DNA from: a virus
IMG/VR virus record: IMGVR_UViG_3300033066_001842
Reading direction: 5' to 3' (one strand)
Length of the DNA stretch: 64,000 bases
Position 1 is the stretch's first letter. The number at the start of each line of letters is the position of its first letter. Shown here piece by piece: positions 16,521 through 26,573 of this stretch. The position numbers and the translations under genes are program-made. The notes below the pieces were generated by a model that did no database searches, was not told the origin of the DNA, and was given only the letters and a program-made list of their open reading frames with translations.

Positions 16521-18212
16521 TTAATCTTCGTCTTCAGTTAAGGCTTTTTCCGAATTAAACGCATGAATTACACTTGTTACATTCGGATCAAATCCCGTTA
16601 CATCCAACGAATAAGGATCACTATCACTAGCAAAACCAGCAACACCATAACCAGTAGACTGCATACCAAGAGACATCAATCTCGTTTTGGGCTTATTCAT
16701 AAGTTTACGATAATTTTGCGTTAATGTCAAGGGGTGTTCCCCTGTATTGAAATCGTTATCGGTGATATGAATGAAGCAATCCACGTCTTGCTTGTTCTTG
16801 ATAGCATGTTTAATTGGTAAACCTGCATCAGTGTAACCCGTATTATATTTTTTGGCTTTTGTAATAGCCGTTGAAATATTGTCGGTTTTGGTCAATGGCA
16901 AGTCATTCAGAACACTAGAGAAACATTTGACATCACACCATGGTTCTCTTTTTACAATGGTAAGGGCGATTGTGGCGGCGGCTTCACAGAAAGACATTAA
17001 ACCGTTCGCCATCATGCTAGACATTGAGCGCGAAACGTCAACAGAAACCATAAAGTTTTTGCCAGTAGCGGGGGCAACATCGAAAGAGTTGTTGAAAGCT
17101 TCTTCCAAAGCTTCTTGAATTTTGGGAACAGGTTTCCAGGTTAATGAACCTTTCAAACCTTGTCCTTTTCCATAAGTGCGCAGAGCAAACAAAAGTTTAA
17201 GAGGGTGAATTCCAGCTTTTGTCAATTGCTCAATATTGGTAAGGCGACGTACAACCGTTTTGACATCCTCATTAGTTCCTGAAAGTAAACCACTCGCAGT
17301 TAATGAAGAAAGTTGGCGAACGGTTGCCATGTATGGCATTTTCGCAAGTAGGGCTTGTTGAACTTGAGGCACATTTTTAAACCATGTGGGAATCATTTCA
17401 TGGGTCATATCGGTAGCCCCAATCAATTCCACAAGACGTTTAATTTGTGCGTCAGATTTTTCATTTTCTTTCCATGATTGGATTTCAATGAAAGCTTCAA
17501 TCTGGCGTCCCCCCTTTGTCAAAATTTTAGGATCAATATCGGCTAAAGCTTTTAAAACTCCAGCTTCATTTCCATTAACCACATAATTAATGAAAGAGTT
17601 TGTAATTGATCCTTGAAACTCAGGGTGGGAAAGGCGAAGTAAGTCCTGGTGCGACCAACCATCACGTTGACGATACTTCAATAATTGATAAACCAGTGAG
17701 TCAAATGACTTATCGGTGTACCAGTCACCTACATAACGTTTCAACATGCGGCCCCATCCACGCATTCCCGTAACAATTTCCGCAAAGTGAAATAAATCAG
17801 TACCAGTATTGGCAACATGTTTTAGTTCATTGAGGAACATATCACGAACAGTACGACTAGGATGCGATGCGCCTAGAGCCAAAGTATATAACATTGGTTC
17901 TTTTGTAAGAGCACGACGTTGGCTTGAAATTTCTCGAATCTTTTGAACAACTTCTTTGGGGAAATTTTGAATCATCGCTCGGATGTTCGCCGTATTTTGG
18001 GCCAAGAGTTGTTGCGATCCTACAGCAAAGGTATGATTTTCCACACCCAAGATAAGGAATTTTTCGAGAAACTGTTCAGGAGTAAGTTTCAGTGAGTATC
18101 CGCCCCCAAAATTAGGAACAGAGAACTTTGCATTTTTCCCCGTAACAGGTTTTGTTACAGGATTGCTTTTTGCAGTTTTGTTTTTCTTTTGAGAGTAAGT
18201 AGAAATGGGCAT
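16521..18212 (-). CDS. Ro60/Rsr-like protein (TROVE domain plus C-terminal vWA)
   Basis: 563 aa; ~370-aa N-terminal helical-repeat region followed by a vWA fold with MIDAS VSVDVSRSMS (DxSxS); size and domain order match Ro60 orthologues. Confidence 0.55.
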   Translation of the reverse strand: MPISTYSQKKNKTAKSNPVTKPVTGKNAKFSVPNFGGGYSLKLTPEQFLEKFLILGVENHTFAVGSQQLLAQNTANIRAMIQNFPKEVVQKIREISSQRRALTKEPMLYTLALGASHPSRTVRDMFLNELKHVANTGTDLFHFAEIVTGMRGWGRMLKRYVGDWYTDKSFDSLVYQLLKYRQRDGWSHQDLLRLSHPEFQGSITNSFINYVVNGNEAGVLKALADIDPKILTKGGRQIEAFIEIQSWKENEKSDAQIKRLVELIGATDMTHEMIPTWFKNVPQVQQALLAKMPYMATVRQLSSLTASGLLSGTNEDVKTVVRRLTNIEQLTKAGIHPLKLLFALRTYGKGQGLKGSLTWKPVPKIQEALEEAFNNSFDVAPATGKNFMVSVDVSRSMSSMMANGLMSFCEAAATIALTIVKREPWCDVKCFSSVLNDLPLTKTDNISTAITKAKKYNTGYTDAGLPIKHAIKNKQDVDCFIHITDNDFNTGEHPLTLTQNYRKLMNKPKTRLMSLGMQSTGYGVAGFASDSDPYSLDVTGFDPNVTSVIHAFNSEKALTEDED

Positions 18213-18386
18213 ATTTTTCTTTCTTTATATTGAACTAAATGAACGTAAAGGCTAGTGGTATGAATGGTAACTATAAGCCTTATACTGCGGCTCAACACAA
18301 AATGGCTGATTGGACTAAATTAGTTGGCAAGGACGTTGGTATGCAAAGTAACAATAATCGTTGCCATACGGCCCAACCCAATAAAA

Positions 18387-19229
18387 CTAAAATGGTATGT
18401 CATCATCGTCGAAGGTGACTTGGAACATCTTGGGAATTTTGGGCAGAGCTTCTTGTTGATCGGGAGGAAGTTCCTTGTTACGCGCTCGAATTTCAGCCGC
18501 TTTTTCTTTGGCTGATTCGATAGCTTTCTTGGACTTTTCCGCCTTTTCGCGCAATTGCTCTAGCTTTTCCTCGGACGGCCAAAAGAAAGAGGTTTCATAA
18601 AACTTGGTGCGTTTGTAGATTCCCTTTCCTTCTGAATCCTCGCCAACCTTTTCAGATTTTTGCGAAAGGACATAACCAATAACAGGCTTAACAGTTTCAA
18701 AATATTTCTTGAAAGTAACAGTCAACTCTTTCAAGTAAACATTTTTCTTTTGTTCGGCAACCTTTTCTTCATCGGTGTCTTGAATATCAAAAACCACCTT
18801 TGAAAGGGCTTCACAAAGATCCATGAAGCTTTCTTCTGATCCTGCAATACCTTGCAATACTGAAAGTCCAGAAGACGCTACCACATTGGAACCATAAACA
18901 AGGTCTGGGAAACCTTCTTTATTTTCCAAATCTTTTGGATCGAAATCAAAACTCAACCATTGCGGATGAAATGTTAACCAAACTTTAGTGTTTTTTGCGC
19001 TGCCGTTCCCATGAATTTCAAAAGGAACGACTACATAATTTTCACTCTTCGAGAGACGGGCTTTTTCAACGTTTCCGACACGTCCCAAATTGGCCTGAGT
19101 GGGAAGGACGGAAGGTTCGGGAGCCTTAAACCCGCGCTTTGCTGATTCTAATTGTTCTGTAGGCATATATTTTTTATATAAGGTTGGCGGCTTTTGTCGC
19201 ACTAAGTTTGAAAGGAGAACGAAAACCAC
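18387..19229 (-). CDS. SSB-like protein with acidic C-terminal tail
   Basis: ends ...FDDDDIPF, identical in character to the bacterial SSB C-terminal protein-interaction tip (DDDIPF); an OB fold cannot be verified by eye. Confidence 0.4.
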   Translation of the reverse strand: MVFVLLSNLVRQKPPTLYKKYMPTEQLESAKRGFKAPEPSVLPTQANLGRVGNVEKARLSKSENYVVVPFEIHGNGSAKNTKVWLTFHPQWLSFDFDPKDLENKEGFPDLVYGSNVVASSGLSVLQGIAGSEESFMDLCEALSKVVFDIQDTDEEKVAEQKKNVYLKELTVTFKKYFETVKPVIGYVLSQKSEKVGEDSEGKGIYKRTKFYETSFFWPSEEKLEQLREKAEKSKKAIESAKEKAAEIRARNKELPPDQQEALPKIPKMFQVTFDDDDIPF

Positions 19230-19268
19230 TTAGTTAACCGCCAACCTTATATAACTATACTAACAGTA

Positions 19269-20234
19269 TTATTCAGTCTTGTCAAGTAGTTCTGGATCAA
19301 TTAGAGATTGATCGAAACTCTTTTTTCCAATACCGGATTGGTCTACCAACTTTGCCCAAATATCTCCAAAGCTTTTCTCTTGTGGGTCAAGATCGAACCC
19401 ACGATTTTTAGTAAAGGTGAGTTCATCACTTTCAGTTTGGAAATAGTAGACACCTTTTGATTTACCTAAGGGATCACGTTTGTATCCCGCATAAGCAATC
19501 AAATCAAAAGCGCCAAATACAGACATACCCGCTTGCCCAGTCACTTGGGGTTTACGGACCTCAGCCATGATACTAGTTGGAGCCCCATTTTCACCCTTCA
19601 CAGCTTTGGAAGCATAAACCGGATGACAAGTCATTATCTTATGAATAATTTGTCCAGTCTTCTTATTATTGATAGCGAAAAATTTGTTAATGCTCTTAAT
19701 GGTGGCAAGCTTAATTTGGCCATAGTCTGCAATTTCAAACTGCATACCAGCCTCTCTAGCAGCCGACAAATCTTTATCACTAGATGAAGCTTTGTCTTCG
19801 ATATTATCTACTACTTTCCGGTGGATAAAATCAGCTTGAAAGTTAGAATAGCCATCCCAAAATATAATATCAATTCCAATATCGTAAAAACCTTCCACAT
19901 AATTCTCGGGTCTTTCAAGAAACTTAATAACTTGATCGTAAGTTTGGAGATGCTTGCTTTCATATACAATAAGGTTTTCTAATAGGTCTTTCTTATCGGC
20001 TTTACGTAAAGCATTGAATACGGATAGAAGCCCATTTCCACCAATATCGGTAGAGAAATAGAGTACTTTATAACCTTGCTCTAAAAGCTCTGAGATTGTA
20101 CGGGTTTTTCCCACATTTGTAGGCCCATATATCATTACTTTTAGATCATTAATTTCAATTTCAGAAGCTTTCTTGGCTTTAGCTTTCAATTTAACTTCTG
20201 GTGTGTTTATTTCTTTTGTTTTAGTTCCTAACAT
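19269..20234 (-). CDS. P-loop ATPase (RecA/Sak4-like?)
   Basis: Walker A MIYGPTNVGKT, hydrophobic-D Walker B-like DIIFWDG. Confidence 0.45.
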   Translation of the reverse strand: MLGTKTKEINTPEVKLKAKAKKASEIEINDLKVMIYGPTNVGKTRTISELLEQGYKVLYFSTDIGGNGLLSVFNALRKADKKDLLENLIVYESKHLQTYDQVIKFLERPENYVEGFYDIGIDIIFWDGYSNFQADFIHRKVVDNIEDKASSSDKDLSAAREAGMQFEIADYGQIKLATIKSINKFFAINNKKTGQIIHKIMTCHPVYASKAVKGENGAPTSIMAEVRKPQVTGQAGMSVFGAFDLIAYAGYKRDPLGKSKGVYYFQTESDELTFTKNRGFDLDPQEKSFGDIWAKLVDQSGIGKKSFDQSLIDPELLDKTE

Positions 20235-20493
20235 AATCCTCTGGTTTTTTAAATAATTCAGCCATAAGTTCTACCATTTTATTATTGTTATAAATAGAAA
20301 TTTCCAACATTGCATCTAATTTATCAATAGTGCTTTTCATCTCTGGTGCAATGAAACTTGTATATTGTTTCATTAACTCTAAGCATTGAACTGTATGGGT
20401 AATATTATTATTGATTAAATCTAAGTATTTTCGTTGGAGGAAGATGGATTCTTCTCCACGTTCTCTATCTGAAAGACTGCTATGTTGTTCCAT
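20221..20493 (-). CDS. hypothetical protein
   Basis: 90-aa ORF. Confidence 0.3.
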   Translation of the reverse strand: MEQHSSLSDRERGEESIFLQRKYLDLINNNITHTVQCLELMKQYTSFIAPEMKSTIDKLDAMLEISIYNNNKMVELMAELFKKPEDYVRN

Positions 20494-20626
20494 GGAATAT
20501 TAATTTCAATTGAATTGGTATAAATATGAAGACATGTATCTAGTAAAGACCATTTATAGTCATTCTCACTAAAATGTATTTTAGCTTTCCCCGCAATAGG
20601 TTCTTTAGGTATGATTGTTAAAATTT

Positions 20627-21436
20627 TCATAATTTAAATGCTTGGGTATAGACACTAGCTATACCTCGGTGAACTGCGCCACCGAATCTAGTATATCTAG
20701 ACGTTTCTGCATATTTTCCCGCTGTTTCTTCCAAAATTTGTAACAACCTAAATCTTTCAGGACACAATAAAAATGTTTCCGCCGTTGTATAGTGCAATGG
20801 TTTGATTTCAATTAATCGTTCCATTCCTTCTGGGGTTTGATCCTTAGAACACGCTTTGAAAAAGGGACACTCTCTATTGTAGGCGTGGCAAGCGAATGGT
20901 TTGTGACGTGGCCATACAGGTTTATCAATTATTGATCGCTGCATAGCTAAAACATCCTCTATATACTCGATAGCATTGGTTTCATTTTCTTTTGGCACTC
21001 GTAGTAATACAGACTTAGTAGCTCCACTTGCTCTAGACACTCCTCTATATTCAAAACCATGGGATTTCTCAACCATGGAATATAAACGCCATTGCCAACT
21101 ATCTATTTTTTCTTGTTTCCATTTTGTATCAAAAGTTGCGGAGTCTTTTGTCTTCCAATCGACAATCAGAGTTTTACCAATAAAGTCTTCTGGATAATAA
21201 TCCCCTGTATCTATTACAGTAGCCTTAAGGTCCATTGTTCCCTCAAAAACACCTGTAACATTAGTATAATTGATTAATTGTTCTAATGCAAGTACTTTCA
21301 AACACTGTAAATCCCGCCCCAGATATGTTTTTTCCAACACCCCTACCGCTTCAATTATTTCATCAATTTCTTCTGTTGAAATACTCTCTGGTGTATTTTT
21401 AATCTCCTCTAAAGTTTTATTATTTTCGTAAAACAT
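20627..21436 (-). CDS. PD-(D/E)XK nuclease, Cas4/RecB-like exonuclease
   Basis: IDTGDYYPE...LIVDWKTK (D...E/D-x-K) plus C-terminal Cys cluster CHAYNRECPFFKAC typical of Cas4/AddB iron-sulfur nucleases. Confidence 0.5.
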   Translation of the reverse strand: MFYENNKTLEEIKNTPESISTEEIDEIIEAVGVLEKTYLGRDLQCLKVLALEQLINYTNVTGVFEGTMDLKATVIDTGDYYPEDFIGKTLIVDWKTKDSATFDTKWKQEKIDSWQWRLYSMVEKSHGFEYRGVSRASGATKSVLLRVPKENETNAIEYIEDVLAMQRSIIDKPVWPRHKPFACHAYNRECPFFKACSKDQTPEGMERLIEIKPLHYTTAETFLLCPERFRLLQILEETAGKYAETSRYTRFGGAVHRGIASVYTQAFKL

Positions 21437-21439
21437 TAA

Positions 21440-21751
21440 TTAACTACCATATAAAATACTTTTTCCATTAAAAGTATGACAATTACATCCTAAACTATTA
21501 CAACCAGTACATGTATTAGGATATGAAGCCCAAATAGTTGGAATAAATGTTTCAGTTGGTTTTTTATAATACTCTTCTATAACTTTTTTCATTTGTTCTA
21601 TATCTGATAAATCTTTTTTAGGAAATTCAGGAACAAATGTTGTAGAAGTTTCTGTTTTTATTGGACCGCAATAAATACAGTATTCATCCATAGTATAAGC
21701 TTGGTTATGTGTTAAACAGGTTGGCATATTATTCTTGGGGTTTGATATCAA
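21440..21751 (-). CDS. Cys-rich hypothetical protein
   Basis: 103 aa, CLTHNQ...CIYCG...CTGCNSLGCNCH. Confidence 0.35.
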   Translation of the reverse strand: MISNPKNNMPTCLTHNQAYTMDEYCIYCGPIKTETSTTFVPEFPKKDLSDIEQMKKVIEEYYKKPTETFIPTIWASYPNTCTGCNSLGCNCHTFNGKSILYGS

Positions 21752-22244
21752 TTATTTTTTCGGCGGCTTTGGCTAACACACCGTCAAGTTCATTAATGTT
21801 AATTTGGATTCCCGGATTGGGGGGAGTGTTCAGCCCTACATCAGGATCGCTTCCAATCACTTTGGCAGCTTCGATTGCAATCTTTTGTGAGTTGGAATCA
21901 GGTTTTGATACGTTTTCCATAAAGATGCGGTTCAGTCCAGCCCGAATCATTTCCTTACGTATATCATTGGGCATTGACATATTCTCAATTAACTGTTTCA
22001 CTTGTTTCTTGAATGCCTCATTACCCATGATTCCCGACATAGTTGTACCTACGGTTTTGGCGGCTTCGTGTGGTTTGTAACCTTGGCCCACAAGATCCAT
22101 AAAGCGTTTGGCCAAGCTATTTTTTGCGGGTTTGTTTTCGCTGGTTGCATCTATGTCTAGATCGAATCCTTCGGAAATTTCATAAGGTACTGCGTCCTTA
22201 CTATCTTCTTCGTTTAATCTAAGATGTTTATCTTCAGAATCCAT
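21729..22244 (-). CDS. hypothetical protein
   Basis: 171-aa ORF. Confidence 0.4.
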   Translation of the reverse strand: MDSEDKHLRLNEEDSKDAVPYEISEGFDLDIDATSENKPAKNSLAKRFMDLVGQGYKPHEAAKTVGTTMSGIMGNEAFKKQVKQLIENMSMPNDIRKEMIRAGLNRIFMENVSKPDSNSQKIAIEAAKVIGSDPDVGLNTPPNPGIQININELDGVLAKAAEKIIDIKPQE

Positions 22245-22261
22245 ACACTTCCATTATTACA

Positions 22262-22636
22262 TTATTCTGTACTAATATCAATGAAGGATTCCCCTTCTTT
22301 TGGAATATTATAATCCAAAGGAACTTCTATGTTGGAAAGCATTCCAGATTTTAGAAGCGATTCACACACCAAATTGTAGAGGGGGGTGGACATAGCGTGA
22401 AGTTGTTTCTTCATACCAAATGACGGTATGTATGAAACTGGGGGATTCCACTTGAGGGTACCATCCTTGCGATAGAACGCAATGCAATGGTCTATGGAAT
22501 CCCGTATTTCACCAAGAACAGGGTGGGAAAAACTGATCGTTCTTGTAAACTGTAGGAATTTTTGCCGCTTATTTTCCAGAATCTTAAAATTCTGAGTTAT
22601 AATCTTCAACGTACATTTAGATGTTTTTGTGCTCAC
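22262..22636 (-). CDS. hypothetical protein
   Basis: 124-aa ORF. Confidence 0.4.
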   Translation of the reverse strand: MSTKTSKCTLKIITQNFKILENKRQKFLQFTRTISFSHPVLGEIRDSIDHCIAFYRKDGTLKWNPPVSYIPSFGMKKQLHAMSTPLYNLVCESLLKSGMLSNIEVPLDYNIPKEGESFIDISTE

Positions 22637-23219
22637 TCCTCAATTTTACACCCTGCGGGACAAAAACGCCATTATTTCTAATGACATTTGTAAAAATAGA
22701 AATCAAGCGTTGTTTTGGTTTTGGATCTCTCTTAAAATGATACCCCGCTTTTTCTGCAATACGATTAGCTTTTTCTTCCCATTCTTCACTATTGTATTTT
22801 TCGGGTAAGGCACTTTCGTACACAGTGCATACACCATCTTCAAAAGCCCCTTCAATACAGTTTGCATTAAGAGGTCCAATCTTCTTTTGAATATTACCAA
22901 TTTCGCTATCAACACCAATTCTTTCCATTTTTGAAATTGTTAATTTGTTATTTTTAATAACATCGGCAACAATCATGGAACCGATAGCACAAATTTTACA
23001 ATTAACATTTTCAAGTTTTTCTGATTCTTTTGCAAGTTCTTTAAAAAGATTTTGTGCAGAATTTTCAAAATTAGCTGAAAGCCCTTTAACTCGCACATAA
23101 ACGCCTTGGGTGGCTTCAAATTTTTTGCTTGGAATAACTCTAACGAGTACATCCTTTGCAAGAGATATCGCTTTTTTACGCTGCTCTTTTGTGGGCAGCA
23201 ATTCAGGAGGGTAATACAT
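22617..23219 (-). CDS. hypothetical protein
   Basis: 200-aa ORF. Confidence 0.4.
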   Translation of the reverse strand: MYYPPELLPTKEQRKKAISLAKDVLVRVIPSKKFEATQGVYVRVKGLSANFENSAQNLFKELAKESEKLENVNCKICAIGSMIVADVIKNNKLTISKMERIGVDSEIGNIQKKIGPLNANCIEGAFEDGVCTVYESALPEKYNSEEWEEKANRIAEKAGYHFKRDPKPKQRLISIFTNVIRNNGVFVPQGVKLRSEHKNI

Positions 23220-23223
23220 AAAT

Positions 23224-23562
23224 TTAACTTTCTATTTCCTTATTAGTTTTTTCAAAAATGTGGGTGTACAATGTCGGCGGCAGTGTTACAGGCGTGGTAG
23301 CCATCACTACAGGCTTCAATGTAAAATTATACAGGTTTGGCCAATCCATGTCTATCAATTGTTGATACAGCCAAAGGGTGAACTCAGAGTTACCATATAC
23401 TACAGGAATAAAATTCACTCCAGCTTTATAGGCGGGAAAAAGTATAATACCTCTTATAACTCTTACACCCATAATATAAATAACTCCAACTTCGGTTTTC
23501 AAACCAATTGAAAAAGAAATACCATTCTTAATTGGTTCAGGTTGCGAAAATAAAAATTTCAT
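23224..23562 (-). CDS. hypothetical protein
   Basis: 112-aa ORF. Confidence 0.35.
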   Translation of the reverse strand: MKFLFSQPEPIKNGISFSIGLKTEVGVIYIMGVRVIRGIILFPAYKAGVNFIPVVYGNSEFTLWLYQQLIDMDWPNLYNFTLKPVVMATTPVTLPPTLYTHIFEKTNKEIES

Positions 23563-23810
23563 GGTAAATATTTCATCGGAAATTTTCTGGAATTAATAAT
23601 TTTTTGAGTTACTATTATCACTGTTTTTGCATCTTCAAAAGTAGGACAATAATACTCTTTAAATACCCCCACATTAGGTAATAATAAAGTAACAATCCAC
23701 CCATCGAAACTTTTACGAATTATTGCCTTTAGTGTTTTCCACACATTATATTTTCGTGGTACTGCCATTGTTAGGTATTCCTTATTTAATTCTCAAGAGA
23801 CATTATATCT

Positions 23811-24095
23811 TTATCCTCTCGACAAACGCAACCATATGTAGCTAAACAGGTTAGCTAGACCGATGACCGCAAGCCAATTGACGATTACGGAGAAAGGGGA
23901 GGACATAAAGCCATCCCCCACCACCAAGAACATAGCAACCCAATGCGAGAAACAGTAAGGGCATGAAACCAAATTGTACAAAAAATCATTTTTGGTTGCA
24001 ATCCATTCCCGAAATCTCTCAAAAATCAGGGATTTACTTACTGTTATGGATGCCGCATAGGTTGCCAACGCGAGAAATAACAATTTTTCCAACAT
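23811..24095 (-). CDS. small membrane protein
   Basis: 94 aa, 3 predicted TM helices. Confidence 0.35.
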   Translation of the reverse strand: MLEKLLFLALATYAASITVSKSLIFERFREWIATKNDFLYNLVSCPYCFSHWVAMFLVVGDGFMSSPFSVIVNWLAVIGLANLFSYIWLRLSRG

Positions 24096-24098
24096 TTT

Positions 24099-24470
24099 TT
24101 AGTACTCTTTTGAAATCACATAGCGATAGTCTTCACGAGGAAGAGGATCAAGTACAATTTTTCCCCCTTGTGTACTAATTTTTGTTTTACCTTTACTAAT
24201 CCAATCACAACATACAAGTTTTTGTGTTTCCACATTGTAAGTTGTTTCTCGGACTACTTCTTTTGGTTTGTTTTGTGTAACTTCTACAACTTGATCCAAA
24301 AGATTTTCTGGTTGTTTTTCTTTTACTTTTACTTCTACTTTTTCAGTATAAGTAACTGTCGTCTCTTTTTTAGCTCTCGGCATAATTTCTATTTCTTTTT
24401 CTTTTTCCCTTTGAATTTGTTTTTGCCAGTCTTTAACAGGCATCAATCCAGGTATGGTATACATCACCAT
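24099..24470 (-). CDS. hypothetical protein
   Basis: 123-aa ORF, K/E-rich. Confidence 0.4.
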   Translation of the reverse strand: MVMYTIPGLMPVKDWQKQIQREKEKEIEIMPRAKKETTVTYTEKVEVKVKEKQPENLLDQVVEVTQNKPKEVVRETTYNVETQKLVCCDWISKGKTKISTQGGKIVLDPLPREDYRYVISKEY

Positions 24471-24687
24471 CTTACCTCACTAGTCGTTTGTTGTCAAGGG
24501 TTTGCAGGTTTGGCCACTAAATTGCTATATTACATATTATGTTATCTAACTGTAATATTACAATTGAACTATATTGTATTACAGTTATATTGAACATCTA
24601 ACAGAGGGCTTCGAAAAATCTGTTTATTTTTCTCGCCCTATTGGGGGGAGGCCCCCAAACCCCCTCCGTTTTTTCAAAGGACAAATT

Positions 24688-24963
24688 TTAAAAACTATTT
24701 TCTTCGAAATCCAACTCTTCCCAATCTTCCAAGATTGCATCCAAGCTATCACTCTCCTCTTCCACCCCATTCATCTCCCTGTCATGCCTTCCCAGTGGTG
24801 AGTGATAGGCCAACTCTCTATCAATCGTCCTCAGGGCCTCTCTCTCATCCTCAGTGAGCTCTGTAAGCCTCATCCGCGTCACTGGCCCATCGGCCCCCTC
24901 CAACATGACATAGCTATACGCGCCACAATAGCTATTGCTGCTCATTAGAGCCTCCTGGTGCAA
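24688..24963 (-). CDS. hypothetical protein
   Basis: 91-aa acidic ORF. Confidence 0.35.
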   Translation of the reverse strand: MHQEALMSSNSYCGAYSYVMLEGADGPVTRMRLTELTEDEREALRTIDRELAYHSPLGRHDREMNGVEEESDSLDAILEDWEELDFEENSF

Positions 24964-25228
24964 TCGTTTCGGCAGAGGGTATATCTAGCTCCCCCTCAAC
25001 CTTTGCAATGATCTCACAGAGCTTGTCGGCAGGTAACTCCTTCTTAGGTCCTGCAACGTGCGGTATTGTACCACACTTCTTACACGGGTTGCAAGCCAAC
25101 CACTCCAAGGTATCTGTCACCTTTTCCCAACCAATCAATTTCATTCCAATTCCCGTATAAAGCATTTGGGAAATTTCCCACATTTCCATTTGTTCAAAAA
25201 CTGCAATTTCTTTTTTATTAAGCGCCAT
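24932..25228 (-). CDS. hypothetical protein
   Basis: 98-aa ORF with CNPCKKCG. Confidence 0.35.
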   Translation of the reverse strand: MALNKKEIAVFEQMEMWEISQMLYTGIGMKLIGWEKVTDTLEWLACNPCKKCGTIPHVAGPKKELPADKLCEIIAKVEGELDIPSAETIAPGGSNEQQ

Positions 25229-25230
25229 AT

Positions 25231-25473
25231 CTAATAATCTCCTCTTTCATCTTTCACCAATTTAAATGAAGAACATCTTTGTGAATTTAAAATCACCCTA
25301 TTTTTAGGATAAACATCCTGTAAATAAACATCATTTAAATTCTCATAGAAAACTTTTCCCGTCAATTTGTCCCAATTTCGCTGCCTTTCTCTCTCATTCC
25401 TTTCTTTCAAAAACTTTCTATCTAAAGCAGCGCTCTTTTTCTTCCATTCAGCACTCTTATTACCGTTTGGCAT
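25231..25473 (-). CDS. hypothetical protein
   Basis: 80 aa. Confidence 0.3.
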   Translation of the reverse strand: MPNGNKSAEWKKKSAALDRKFLKERNERERQRNWDKLTGKVFYENLNDVYLQDVYPKNRVILNSQRCSSFKLVKDERGDY

Positions 25474-25702
25474 TTAAACAATCCTCGCAATTCAATTTTT
25501 TTACAATGTGTGTCCTAACCCCCATCAATTTCACATGCCCACACTCCAACCTGCACCGATAATACAAAACAGTCTTATTCCCCCATTTATCCCCCTGTCT
25601 CCAAATCTTCTCCACCCCCTCAATTTTCCGTAAAGCCAGTTTTTGCGGCATAAAAACCCCCAAAATCCAATAGGGAGCCCTTTTTGGAAGCCCCCCTATC
25701 AA
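25460..25702 (-). CDS. hypothetical protein
   Basis: 80 aa. Confidence 0.3.
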   Translation of the reverse strand: MIGGLPKRAPYWILGVFMPQKLALRKIEGVEKIWRQGDKWGNKTVLYYRCRLECGHVKLMGVRTHIVKKLNCEDCLNAKR

Positions 25703-25717
25703 ATATTGATACTCTCC

Positions 25718-26206
25718 TTACTTGCTCAGAAAGGCGGGAATCACCTTCTCAATCGCCTCCGACCGCTTCTTATCAATATAATTATTGTAAGCAGTCAGCC
25801 AAGCTTCTTTCCGCCCCTTCATCACATCAAATTCACTCTCGCTATCGGAACAAATGGAGAAACCAAACCCCGCCGTATCATTCAAAGCCCATTCCCCGGC
25901 AAAATACTTTTCCGAAATCTGCATAATCTGCCGTACATTGGAGCCCAACGGAATTTCAGGACACAGCATACAAAGGGTAAAACCCTTTCGTCTCTTATGT
26001 TTCCCCTCCATAACCGTCATAATAGGCTTATCCACAGTAACAAAAATGGCGCTCAACTTGTTACCAATCCCATCATCAAAATTCAACGCAGTAAATTCAT
26101 TTTCCGTAATTTCGTCCAAGGTAATCATGTAATTAGCCGCTGCAAGCAACAAGCTTTTAAACATGCTCATAAAACCTTCATTACCAAAATTCTTATTCAT
26201 TGTCAA
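25718..26206 (-). CDS. hypothetical protein
   Basis: 162-aa ORF; the overlapping plus-strand 252-aa ORF is judged spurious. Confidence 0.4.
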   Translation of the reverse strand: MTMNKNFGNEGFMSMFKSLLLAAANYMITLDEITENEFTALNFDDGIGNKLSAIFVTVDKPIMTVMEGKHKRRKGFTLCMLCPEIPLGSNVRQIMQISEKYFAGEWALNDTAGFGFSICSDSESEFDVMKGRKEAWLTAYNNYIDKKRSEAIEKVIPAFLSK

Positions 26207-26573
26207 TATCCTCTTTCAATTTATTTTCAACTTTTTTCTGTTTCAGGCGTTCTCTCAACTTTTCTAAAGTATCCTCAACGCTCTGTTTACTCGTATTGGT
26301 ATTTTTCTGGGCTTCCAAATTTGTTAAATTCCCGCCCAAAATATTATCAATGTTTTGTTCAACTTGAATCTTCTGTTCATACAGAAGCGCCAAATCCATG
26401 ATTCGCCCACTTTTTTCCATCAATTGTATCCAACACTCAACCAAATGATTGAAATCAGTTGGAATCATAGAAACCGCCCCATTTACGAAAATAAATTCAT
26501 ATCCCGCATCTGTGGATCGAATTTCTCTCATATGATGAGTTTCAAAAATCTGTTTCCCAATCTTAAGAAACAT
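26193..26573 (-). CDS. hypothetical protein
   Basis: 126-aa ORF. Confidence 0.4.
   Translation of the reverse strand: MFLKIGKQIFETHHMREIRSTDAGYEFIFVNGAVSMIPTDFNHLVECWIQLMEKSGRIMDLALLYEQKIQVEQNIDNILGGNLTNLEAQKNTNTSKQSVEDTLEKLRERLKQKKVENKLKEDIDNE

Noticed and set aside
25643-26401. 252-aa plus-strand ORF
   Set aside because: Overlaps three co-linear minus-strand genes in a uniformly minus-strand operon. Translation is low-complexity (runs of N/L/I/K).
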